58,508 nucleotides of DNA from Myxococcales bacterium (GTDB lineage: Bacteria; Myxococcota_A; Polyangia; Polyangiales; Polyangiaceae), in the NCBI GenBank assembly GCA_043747615.1, contig JAYTOU010000050.1, forward strand, positions 1 to 58,508. Reading direction: 5' to 3'. A program made the position numbers and the translations under genes. Under the pieces are notes generated by a model. The model was not told the origin of the DNA, ran no database searches, and was given only the letters and a program-made list of their open reading frames with translations. Below, one piece after another: positions 27,510 to 36,056 of this stretch. The stretch's first letter is position 1, and the number at the start of each line of letters is the position of its first letter.

Positions 27510-28874
27510 ATGAGTGACCACGCGCGGCGCGTCTACGAGTCCATACTGGGGCTCCTTCCGAACGCCGAAAATCCAACTCCGATCGTCCGACTGACCCGCG
27601 TCGTCCCCTTCAAGCACACGAAGGTGTACGCGAAGCTCGAATGGTACAACCCGTTCGGAGCGGTGAAGGATCGCGTGGCGTCGAACATGATACGCGACGC
27701 CGAGGAACGCGGGACGCTGGGAGGTGAGGTCACGCATCTGGTCGAGCCCACGTCGGGCAACACCGGTGTGGGGCTGGCGATGATCGCGAACGCCAAGGGC
27801 TACGAGATGACCGTCACCGTTTCGAAGGAAATCCCGGCAGAGAAGCGAGCCGCACTCCGTATTTTCGGCGCCGAGGTCATCGAGCTCAACGACGATCTTT
27901 GTCCCGCTCCCGGCGCGCCCGAGGGAGCGATCGCGCTCGCCGCGCAGATCGCAACGAAGGCTGGTTTTTTCAACCTCGATCAATACAAGAACCAGGCAAA
28001 CCCCGACGCCCACTACCGGACCACCGGGCCCGAGATCTGGCGACAGACGGACGGCAAGGTCACCCACTTCGTCGCTGGTCTCGGAACGTGCGGCACAATC
28101 ACCGGGACGGGTCGCTTTCTCAAGGAGCAAGCCGCGCGCACGAAGGTGCTGGGCGTTCACCCAAACGAAGGCCACGACATTCCGGGCGTCCGCAGCATGC
28201 GTCAGCTCAAACAGACCGAGCTCTTCGCGCCGAAGGAGTACGACGCGCTGGTCGAGGTGACCAACGAGGAAGCCTTCGAGATGACGAAGCGCCTCAATCA
28301 AGAAGAGAGCATCATCGCCGGGCCGAGCTCGGGTATGGCGCTCGTCGGCGCGCTCAAGCTCGTTCCTGACGAGCCCGGTTTGCTGTGCGTGGTGATCTTT
28401 CCGGACAACGCTTTCAAGTACACCGCCTCGATGCAGCGGCATCTCCCCGAGCTGCGCGCCCCCTCGGCACGCCGTGAAGCTGCGAAGAGCGGCGGCCCCG
28501 TCGCCGAGATCATGAGCTCGATCGTCCAGCTCGCACGGAGCTCGCCAGACGTCTTCGACGTTGGGCAGGTCGAGCAGCTCCTAGACAACCAGCATCCCCT
28601 GGTCATCGACGTTCGGTCCGCCGAAGAGTTCGAAGAGCAACACCTCGAATCGGCGATCAACATTCCACTCGAGGAGCTCGGCCGAGTCTCGGCGACCGAC
28701 GCTCGCCTCCCGACGGATCGAGGCGCGTCGATCCTCACCGTGTGCAACGTCGGCGAAAAATCGCTTTACGCGATGCTTCTTTTGAAGGCGCACGGTTTCG
28801 AGAAGGTAAAAAACTTGATGGGCGGAATGACGGCGTGGGTCTCCGAGGGGATGCCGACGGAGTCCGGCTCGTAA
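27510..28874 (+). CDS. PLP-dependent cysteine synthase-family protein fused to a C-terminal rhodanese domain
   Basis: [41 protein letters not shown]; then IDVRS..EF...[20 protein letters not shown]. Confidence 0.9.
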   Translation: MSDHARRVYESILGLLPNAENPTPIVRLTRVVPFKHTKVYAKLEWYNPFGAVKDRVASNMIRDAEERGTLGGEVTHLVEPTSGNTGVGLAMIANAKGYEMTVTVSKEIPAEKRAALRIFGAEVIELNDDLCPAPGAPEGAIALAAQIATKAGFFNLDQYKNQANPDAHYRTTGPEIWRQTDGKVTHFVAGLGTCGTITGTGRFLKEQAARTKVLGVHPNEGHDIPGVRSMRQLKQTELFAPKEYDALVEVTNEEAFEMTKRLNQEESIIAGPSSGMALVGALKLVPDEPGLLCVVIFPDNAFKYTASMQRHLPELRAPSARREAAKSGGPVAEIMSSIVQLARSSPDVFDVGQVEQLLDNQHPLVIDVRSAEEFEEQHLESAINIPLEELGRVSATDARLPTDRGASILTVCNVGEKSLYAMLLLKAHGFEKVKNLMGGMTAWVSEGMPTESGS

Positions 28875-29599
28875 TGGGGATCTCGCCCGCAGACGTGGCG
28901 CGCTTTGCGTCGGAGTACGAAGACCGCGACCCACGGGACACGCTCGCCCTCGCCCTCGAGCATTACGAGAACATCGCCATCTCGTTCAGTGGAGCCGAAG
29001 ACGTCGTCCTCATCGACATGGCCACGCGGATCCGTCCGAGCGTCGCGGTCTTCTGCCTCGACACGGGACGCCTGCACCCCGAGACGCACCGCTTTCTGGA
29101 GAAGGTCCGCGAGCGTTATGGGATCGCGATCGAGGCGCTGTCGCCCGAAGCCCCCGCCGTCGAGAAGCTCGTGCGCGAAAAAGGGCTTTTTAGTTTCTAC
29201 AAGGAGGGTCACGGCGAGTGCTGCGGCATCCGCAAGGTGGCTTCGCTCAAGCGCAAGCTCGCCTCGGTGGATGCCTGGGTCACCGGTCAACGACGGGATC
29301 AGAGCCCGAACACCCGCGCGAGTGTCTCGCCGCTCGAGGAGGACAGCACCTTCTCCACGCCGGAGCACCGCGTGGTGAAGTTCAATCCTCTCGCCCGATG
29401 GAGCTCGGCGCAGGTCTGGGATTACATTCGCGACAACGACGTGCCGTACAACGAGCTCCACGAAAAAGGATTCATCAGCATCGGCTGCGAGCCGTGCACC
29501 CGCCCGGTGCTGCCGAACGAGCACGAGCGCGCCGGCCGCTGGTGGTGGGAGGAAGCAACGAAGAAAGAGTGTGGCCTGCATCCCGCGAAATCCCGCTAG
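28874..29599 (+). CDS. cysH: Adenylylsulfate (APS) reductase, 4Fe-4S type (CysH family)
   Basis: [59 protein letters not shown] overlap. Confidence 0.92.
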   Translation: MGISPADVARFASEYEDRDPRDTLALALEHYENIAISFSGAEDVVLIDMATRIRPSVAVFCLDTGRLHPETHRFLEKVRERYGIAIEALSPEAPAVEKLVREKGLFSFYKEGHGECCGIRKVASLKRKLASVDAWVTGQRRDQSPNTRASVSPLEEDSTFSTPEHRVVKFNPLARWSSAQVWDYIRDNDVPYNELHEKGFISIGCEPCTRPVLPNEHERAGRWWWEEATKKECGLHPAKSR

Positions 29600-29625
29600 G
29601 CGCAGAAGACGACTCGTCGAAACCG

Positions 29626-32454
29626 TTAGTCGGAGAGCTGGGCCTGGACCAGCGCGGCGCGCGCGAACGGGTGATCCGGAGCGAGCTCGAGGGCTTTCTT
29701 GAACGAGCGCCTGGCGTCCTCCATGGCGCGGCGTCGCAGGTAATAAGCGCCGATGCCGTAGTACGCTTCGGCGAAGCTCGGATCAGCGGCAATGGCGTGA
29801 TCAAACGCGGCTTTCGCGAGCGCGGCTTCCTGGCGATCCCAGAGGAGGTCGATGCCTTGCGTGCAGTAGGCCTCGGCGAGCGTGCGCTGTCCGGCAGCGT
29901 ACGTCTGCTGGCGAAGCGCGGTTTGCGCGGTGGCGATGGCGTTGTCGTAATCGCCAAGCCCGATCAGAAATCGTGCGTAATTTCCCTTGTCCCACGCCGA
30001 CTCGGGCTCGAGCTCGGTCGTGCGGCGGTACGCTTGGTCCATCGCACCGTAGTCACCGCGCTGACGGTACACGGTGAGGAGAGCTTCGTACGTTCGCGCC
30101 GCGAGGTGCGGATCGCGCGTCTTCGCGAGCACCGCGCGCCCACTCGCCTCGGCGGCGCTGAGGTCACCGGACTCCGTCGCAAGGGCGAGACGAATCAGCG
30201 CGACGTCTGCCGATGACGGGCCGAGCTTCTCCGCGTCGCCCGCGAGCACCCGTGATCGGACCGGATCCCTCAGCCCACGGTAGGCCCATGCGCGCGCGAC
30301 GATCGCCGCGGCGAAGGACGCGTTGACCGCCAGCGCCTTGTCGGTGAGGGCGAGCGCTCTTTCGAGGTGAGGAAAGTCGCGAAGATCGTCTCCCGAATCC
30401 GCGCGCTTGATCTCTACCCGGGCGAGCTCGGTGAGGGCGGGCACGTAGCGAGGATTTTTTTCGAGAGCCGCAGTCAGGCGTGTCTCGGCGTCGTTCAGGA
30501 GCGTAGGGTCCCCAGAGAAACGATCAATCAGCGCCTTGGCCTCGTGGGTCGCGCGCTCCTCCACGACCGAGGAAATCGGCGTCGGCGCGGGCTGGGGATC
30601 GACCAGCCACGGCGGCACCTCGGTGTGCATCGACGCGAGCATCTGCCACACGCGCGCGCTTCCATCTGCATGCGCAGAGGCTAAGTTCTTCCCATCTTTC
30701 GAGAACGCAACGGCGAGCGTGCCCTTCGATCCGGGCGTCTCGTAGCGCTCGCGGAGCCGGCCGCTCTTCGGTGCCCAGAGCGCGACGACGCCGTCTTTGC
30801 CGCTGGTGACGAGGGCGTTTCCATCCGGGGAAAAAGCCACTGCCGTGACTTCTCCAACGTGAAGCCTGAGGGTGCTGACGGACTTGCCGGAGGCGACGTC
30901 CCAGATCTTCGCGGTGCGATCGGCGCCCGCGCTAGCGAAGGTTTGCCCGTCGGGCGCGAAGGCGACGACGTTGACCGGCGCTGTGTGCGCTTCGATGGTG
31001 GAGATGATGGTGCCCACCGTCGCGTCCCACACCTTGATCAATCCGTCGCTTCCCGCGGTCACCACGCGCCGTCCATCTGGGCTGAAGGCGACCGAGAGCA
31101 CGGAGCCGTGCGCCGGTGAGTGATCGAACCTCCGGAGGACGGTGCCTGCGGGAATGAACCAGGTGTTCGCCGTGCCATCCAAGCCTGCGCTCGCGACAGA
31201 GCGTCCATCGGGGGAGATCGCGATGCTCGTGACGTGCGCCGTCGCGTCGGCCGGGATGGTGCGAACGAGCATGCCGTTCTGCAGGTCCCAGAGCCTGAGG
31301 GTGCCGTCTCCTCCGCTCACGACGTAGCGCCCTTCCGGCGTGGCGTTCACGGACGAAACGCGCTCCGTGTGCCCGCGGAACGTGCGGATCAGTTTTTCGG
31401 TGGTGAGATCCCACAGCGTCAACGTGTCGCCCGAGGTTGCGAGCAGGCCCGAGCCATCGGCCGTGAACGCCACGGAAGAAATAGCACTGGGATCCGCCGC
31501 AACGGTGAACGCGAAGCGCATGGCGGGGAACCGAGTGAGCGCAGGACGCGGTGGACCTGACACGGATTCCTCAGAGGTCGCAGACCGCGGGGTCTCCCTC
31601 GAGCGAACGGCGGCGAGCGTCGCGATACCGAGCCCAGCGACGATCCCGGCGATCCCCAGACCACGCTTGGCGACGCCGTTCAGCGGCTTTCCGCTCCCAT
31701 CGCGAAGAGCTGCGATCGCCAGATGCGCTGTGGCGAAACGCTGCTCGGCCACGGGGTCGACCATGCGCGCGAGCCAGGTCTTCGTAGCGGACGACGCGCT
31801 CACCAGCGGCTTGAAATCGAGCCTCTTTTCCTGCTGCGGAAGATCCCCTGGAGACCGGCCCGTCATGAGAAAGAGAAGGGTCGTGCCGAGGCCATAGAGG
31901 TCGCTCGCCGCACGGGGGTGGCCCTCGAGCTGCTCCGGCGCCACGTAGCCTTGCGCGGTCGCATCGCCGAAATCGACGACCCACAATTTTCCGCCAGGCT
32001 CCCGAAAAATGTTGTTCGGGTTGAGGCTGCGATGAAGGACTGGCGGATTCAGCGAGTGCAGGTAACGAAGAATTTCGAGGAGGCCGAGAGCGACCCGCTT
32101 TATTTCACGTTCCTCAGGGTGCCAGCCTTGGGTGCGCCACTCCGCGAGGGAGCGACCGGGCGCAAGGTCTTGAACCAGGCAAAAAGAAGGGCCTTCGATG
32201 GTGTCGACGGAGAAGTGATCGATCGTACGCGGCAGGGACGGGTGCTTGAGGGCGGCAAGCTCCCGGGCCTCGCGCTGGAGCGTGTCCAGCATGGTCTCGT
32301 CGAGGGCATCGAGCGTGGTCACCCTCAGCGAGACGTGCTTCTTGTTCGCGATGGCCGTGGCTTCGTAGGTGATCGCCGCCTGGGTTCGCCCGAGGATCCG
32401 GATCACACGGTAGTCCGCGCCGATCATCACGTCTCGCTCGAGGACGTTTCGCAC
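29626..32454 (-). CDS. Ser/Thr kinase-like domain, TM segment, WD40 propeller and TPR repeats
   Basis: LQREA..L..L.HP, PPVLHRS, VDFG, GYVAPEQ, DLYGLG; about 7 WD repeats (VAFSPDG...D..KVWD); C-terminal TPRs. Confidence 0.88.
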   Translation of the reverse strand: MRNVLERDVMIGADYRVIRILGRTQAAITYEATAIANKKHVSLRVTTLDALDETMLDTLQREARELAALKHPSLPRTIDHFSVDTIEGPSFCLVQDLAPGRSLAEWRTQGWHPEEREIKRVALGLLEILRYLHSLNPPVLHRSLNPNNIFREPGGKLWVVDFGDATAQGYVAPEQLEGHPRAASDLYGLGTTLLFLMTGRSPGDLPQQEKRLDFKPLVSASSATKTWLARMVDPVAEQRFATAHLAIAALRDGSGKPLNGVAKRGLGIAGIVAGLGIATLAAVRSRETPRSATSEESVSGPPRPALTRFPAMRFAFTVAADPSAISSVAFTADGSGLLATSGDTLTLWDLTTEKLIRTFRGHTERVSSVNATPEGRYVVSGGDGTLRLWDLQNGMLVRTIPADATAHVTSIAISPDGRSVASAGLDGTANTWFIPAGTVLRRFDHSPAHGSVLSVAFSPDGRRVVTAGSDGLIKVWDATVGTIISTIEAHTAPVNVVAFAPDGQTFASAGADRTAKIWDVASGKSVSTLRLHVGEVTAVAFSPDGNALVTSGKDGVVALWAPKSGRLRERYETPGSKGTLAVAFSKDGKNLASAHADGSARVWQMLASMHTEVPPWLVDPQPAPTPISSVVEERATHEAKALIDRFSGDPTLLNDAETRLTAALEKNPRYVPALTELARVEIKRADSGDDLRDFPHLERALALTDKALAVNASFAAAIVARAWAYRGLRDPVRSRVLAGDAEKLGPSSADVALIRLALATESGDLSAAEASGRAVLAKTRDPHLAARTYEALLTVYRQRGDYGAMDQAYRRTTELEPESAWDKGNYARFLIGLGDYDNAIATAQTALRQQTYAAGQRTLAEAYCTQGIDLLWDRQEAALAKAAFDHAIAADPSFAEAYYGIGAYYLRRRAMEDARRSFKKALELAPDHPFARAALVQAQLSD

Positions 32455-32486
32455 CGACTCACGCTAGCCTATTCGCGGCGCGCCAT

Positions 32487-32606
32487 GACCCGGAGCAGAC
32501 CCGGAGTAGACCCGGAGTAGACCCGGAGTAGACCCGGAGTAGACCCGGAGCAGACCCGGAGTAGACCCGGAGTAGACCCGGAGTAGACCCGGAGTAGACC
32601 CGGAGC
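32487..32606. repeat. Tandem repeat: 11 copies of the 11-bp unit GACCCGGAG(T/C)A (last copy 10 bp)
   Basis: Read directly from the sequence; the C variant occurs at units 1, 6 and 11. Confidence 0.97.
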
Positions 32607-32619
32607 TTACGAATGAACA

Positions 32620-32625
32620 TTGACA
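32620..32625 (+). promoter_or_regulatory. Sigma70 -35 hexamer upstream of the cold-shock gene
   Basis: Perfect TTGACA about 80 nt before the ATG; the -10 is only weakly recognisable (CACAGT). Confidence 0.5.
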
Positions 32626-32702
32626 TCGGACCAAATCGCGTCACAGTGGCGGCCTAGTTGGGGGCACAATGCCTCCCGAATCAAAGAGAGACGGAATAGC
32701 AA

Positions 32703-32909
32703 ATGGCATCTGGAACTGTGAAGTGGTTCAACGAGACCAAGGGATTTGGATTCATCAAACAGAACGATGGGGGCGAAGACGTTTTCTGCCACCAGAGCGT
32801 CATCCAGTCGCAAGGATTTCGTACGCTCCAAGAAGGTCAAGCCGTCGAGTTTGACGTGAAGAAGGGCCCCAAGGGGCTGCAGGCCGAGAACGTTCGCGTC
32901 GCCGGCTGA
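32703..32909 (+). CDS. Cold-shock protein (CspA family)
   Basis: [41 protein letters not shown]. Confidence 0.97.
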   Translation: MASGTVKWFNETKGFGFIKQNDGGEDVFCHQSVIQSQGFRTLQEGQAVEFDVKKGPKGLQAENVRVAG

Positions 32910-32917
32910 TTTCTTCA

Positions 32918-33907
32918 TCAAGCACTTTCGCCCGGTCTTCGAGAGGAGGCCGGGCGTTTTTTTGTCCAGAGAAGCAAGGCAAGTGAGCCGACTCCGATCC
33001 ACACGATCTGAAGAACGTGGGCAAGCAGCGCGATCGACATAGCGGCCGCCACGCTCGCTCCGAGCGGCCCTGCCGAGAGCGCGAACGCACCGTCCGACGC
33101 GCCGAGCTGACCAGGAACGAAGACGCCCACCGCCAGAGCGATCATGTTGATGCCCTGCGCATAGAGCACGCGCGCGATCGACAGGTCGATTCCTACCGCG
33201 AGCGCCAGGACGGCGTAGATCGCGATCTGGAGCACGCGTCCCACGAGCATCGCCGCCATGGGACCGGCCGGCAGGAGCTCGACGTCGCGAGAGGCCTCAT
33301 GGAACGCCGCGAGACCGATCGCATATCTCGATGCGTAACGCGAAAGGCGTGCGCCCACGGCGGGTGTCCGCGCGATCACGCGAATCCCTAGGCCGAGGGC
33401 GACGAGCACGACGGCGTGCACGAGCAGGGCGACCGTGACCACAGACGCGCCGGTGAGCTGCCACGCGCCGACGGCACACGGAATAGAAACGAGCCCCCCG
33501 GCGATGAGTGTCACCGCTTGGTTCGTGGCCGCCGCCGCCGTCGCCGCAGGCATCCCCGCGTAGCGAGCGAGCATCGCTACCTTCGCCGCCTCGCCTGCTG
33601 ATCGCCCCGCAGGCATGACGTTTCCGACCGCGTACGCCACGAGGTGCGCGCGGACGAGCATTCCCGTCGGGAGGAGACGCCGGCGCCTACCGTAGGCGTA
33701 GTACGTCGCGAGGGTCTCCGAGCCGATCCGCAGCGCCTCGAGAAAAAGCGCGACGGGCACCCACCGCCACGCCGGCCGAAGCACGTCGAGGATCGCCTGT
33801 GGTCCGGCGCGGTGCACCATCACCATCAGAAGCGCGAGCCCGCCCAGCCCGAACGCCACGCGCGTGAGAGCGGGCCCCCACCGACGGAGCGTTGCCGGAG
33901 GTGACAC
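32918..33907 (-). CDS. Lysylphosphatidylglycerol synthase TM-domain (flippase-like) membrane protein
   Basis: Multiple TM helices; NVMPAGRSAGEAAK and FVPGQLGASDG motifs. Confidence 0.75.
   Translation of the reverse strand: MSPPATLRRWGPALTRVAFGLGGLALLMVMVHRAGPQAILDVLRPAWRWVPVALFLEALRIGSETLATYYAYGRRRRLLPTGMLVRAHLVAYAVGNVMPAGRSAGEAAKVAMLARYAGMPAATAAAATNQAVTLIAGGLVSIPCAVGAWQLTGASVVTVALLVHAVVLVALGLGIRVIARTPAVGARLSRYASRYAIGLAAFHEASRDVELLPAGPMAAMLVGRVLQIAIYAVLALAVGIDLSIARVLYAQGINMIALAVGVFVPGQLGASDGAFALSAGPLGASVAAAMSIALLAHVLQIVWIGVGSLALLLWTKKRPASSRRPGESA
32929..32963 (+). terminator. Rho-independent terminator of the csp gene
   Basis: CGCCCGGTCTTC-GAGA-GGAGGCCGGGCG followed by T7. Confidence 0.9.
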
Positions 33908-33919
33908 GTTGGACGTTGC

Positions 33920-35545
33920 CTAAAGCTCCACGAGGACCATCGCGCGCGGAGGCACCGTCACCGGCAGCGAATTCGGGCTCGGACGAGCAGCGACACCCGG
34001 CACATCGAAGGTGAGGACGCGGGTGGGAACGGGCTTCGTCCCCTTCAGATCGATCTGCACCGTGCGCGCTCCGGAGCCGCGGTTGATCACGAGGACCCGT
34101 ACTTTTCCTGCGGCGTCGCGGGTGGCGAGCACCGCTCCCATCCCGGCGTCGAGCTCCCCCGTCTCGAAGCCGCGCGGCGCGAGACGATCCGATCCGCCGG
34201 CGACGACCGCGTTCAAGAGCTCGTACGCGTGGTAGAGCGGCTGGGGCTTCAGATCGTGATCCACGAGGCCCCAAGGGATGCCGGCATAATAGTCGTAGAA
34301 GAAGGTGTGGTGCGCGCGGTCGAGCCCGGCCGTCGCGCCTAGGGCGATCACCGTGGACACGAGGAGCGGCCCGTCCATCGTCGTTGGATCGACCGTCGTG
34401 ACCAGGTTCGGTCCCCACTCGGTGAGGGCGAGCTCGACGTTCTGGTAGTGCGCAGATTTTTTTCGGGCATCGGTCACCTGACGGATGTCGGCGACGATCT
34501 TCATTGGGTCGTTGTCGTACGAATGAAACGAAACGAAATCGATTGAAATTTGAGGGGCGGGAGCAGCATCGAAGGCTCGGATCACGCCGACCGCGGTGGT
34601 CGCGTAGGCGAAGCTCCCCAGGCCGAAGTGCAGCGCTTTGGCCGCCGTGTTGCTGGACGCTTTTCGGTAAGCGTCGAGGCGGATGAGCGACGCGATCGCC
34701 ATCTGAAAAAATTTGTCGTGCATCGCATTGTCGAAGGACGGGTTCCACGCGTACGCGAGCTCTGCTTCGTTCCAGATCTCCCAGTAGCTTGCGGCGCGCC
34801 CCGGCTCGCCCCCGCTTCCTTCGACGATGCGCTTCACCATTCCGACCGTCGCCGCGGCAAAGACAGCGGAGTCCGCGGGTGGCCCGTTCGACACAGCGTT
34901 GGTCCAGGTCCAGTTGCAGGCCTCCGGCCAGGCCGCGAGCGTCCGCGAAGGGGTGCGGTTGATGGCGAGCGCGCGGGGCATCGTATCGATTCCCACGTAC
35001 GGTTTGGCGCCGAGTGCCGCCGCCGCATCGAGGACCGAGCGCACGTACGCGAGCGAATAACGACCGTCGTTGAGGGTCATCGCCTCGGTCACCGGCAGGC
35101 CGTCGTCCGTGAACCAATCGCGATCCGTGATCAACTGGAGATCGGTTTTTCCGGTCGCAAATGCCTGTGGCGGAAGAGCGGCCGCTGCGCACGCCGTCCC
35201 GTCAGTCAGCGTGGGAAGGAGGAGCGTCGCGGCTTCCCACCGCCCGACGCCGACGCGCCACTCCGAGAATCCTACCGGCGCGAGCACCTTCGCGAGTCCC
35301 GGCACTTGATCGTAGCGGAAGAGCGCGCCCGACAGATCGTAGTGGCCTAGCAGCGCCGCGTTGACCTTCCCCGCGCTCGCACCCGGATCCAAAGACAAGC
35401 TCCAATCCGCCGTGACGGTCGTTTCGGCGGATGCGTCGCTCGAGGCGTCCGTGCCTCCGGCGTCAGGCCCACCGGCCACGTCCGGCTGCGAGCCTGAGCA
35501 TCCCATCCCCAGGGCAACCAAAGCGAGCAATAATCCGCGTGCCAT
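33920..35545 (-). CDS. Clan GH-A glycoside hydrolase lipoprotein (GH39-like)
   Basis: Lipobox GMGC; YWEIWNE acid/base motif, DFVSFHSY, LALTEWG nucleophile, C-terminal beta-sandwich. Confidence 0.72.
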   Translation of the reverse strand: MARGLLLALVALGMGCSGSQPDVAGGPDAGGTDASSDASAETTVTADWSLSLDPGASAGKVNAALLGHYDLSGALFRYDQVPGLAKVLAPVGFSEWRVGVGRWEAATLLLPTLTDGTACAAAALPPQAFATGKTDLQLITDRDWFTDDGLPVTEAMTLNDGRYSLAYVRSVLDAAAALGAKPYVGIDTMPRALAINRTPSRTLAAWPEACNWTWTNAVSNGPPADSAVFAAATVGMVKRIVEGSGGEPGRAASYWEIWNEAELAYAWNPSFDNAMHDKFFQMAIASLIRLDAYRKASSNTAAKALHFGLGSFAYATTAVGVIRAFDAAPAPQISIDFVSFHSYDNDPMKIVADIRQVTDARKKSAHYQNVELALTEWGPNLVTTVDPTTMDGPLLVSTVIALGATAGLDRAHHTFFYDYYAGIPWGLVDHDLKPQPLYHAYELLNAVVAGGSDRLAPRGFETGELDAGMGAVLATRDAAGKVRVLVINRGSGARTVQIDLKGTKPVPTRVLTFDVPGVAARPSPNSLPVTVPPRAMVLVEL

Positions 35546-35561
35546 TTTCTCAGTCTAGCCG

Positions 35562-35599
35562 ACCGATGGCCCTGCGGTTAACCGATGGCCCTGCGGTTA
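35562..35599. repeat. Perfect 19-bp tandem duplication ACCGATGGCCCTGCGGTTA
   Basis: 35562-35580 is identical to 35581-35599. Confidence 0.9.
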
Positions 35600-35944
35600 G
35601 TCGAAGCGAAGGCTGCGCGCCAGGCGCTGGACGGACGGAGTCACCGCAGCAATCACCGTGCGTTCTCCGGGACCCGCGAGGTTCGCTACGAACCGTCCGT
35701 CGGTCGCGAAGACCTCGAGCACCACCTCACCGCCCATGCCGAGCGTCTCGAAGGTGCCGCCGACGATCGTGAGCGGGCCGTCTGTCGCGACCCATTCGTC
35801 GAAAGGTACCGAGGCCCATTGTTGCTCGCGGAGAAGCGCGAAAAGCCCTTCGGTCGTGAGCGGATGATCACCGGCCAGCTGCGCGCGAGCGTTGAGGTAA
35901 ACGCCGTGCACGGCGGAGCGAAGGTAGACGCCGAGCGCGTCCAC
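35597..35944 (-). CDS. Hypothetical protein
   Basis: Coding-like ORF; the frame stays open upstream to a CTG at 36025 (LRVDVPQHHLSIDP...), so the true start may lie there. Confidence 0.55.
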   Translation of the reverse strand: MDALGVYLRSAVHGVYLNARAQLAGDHPLTTEGLFALLREQQWASVPFDEWVATDGPLTIVGGTFETLGMGGEVVLEVFATDGRFVANLAGPGERTVIAAVTPSVQRLARSLRFD

Positions 35945-36056
35945 GACCTTCGGATCCGCTTCATCGGGAACCCACTCGTCCGACGGATCGATCGAGAGGT
36001 GATGCTGGGGAACGTCGACTCTCAGTCAGATCCCCAGTCAGGTTAGGAGGGCAGGC

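Noticed and set aside
32487..32606. CRISPR array
   Set aside because: The units are contiguous 11-mers with no unique spacers, and there are no cas genes in the window.
32459..32644. 61-aa ORF with LLRVYSGSTPG repeats
   Set aside because: It is simply the translation of the 11-bp tandem repeat; no RBS or coding signal.
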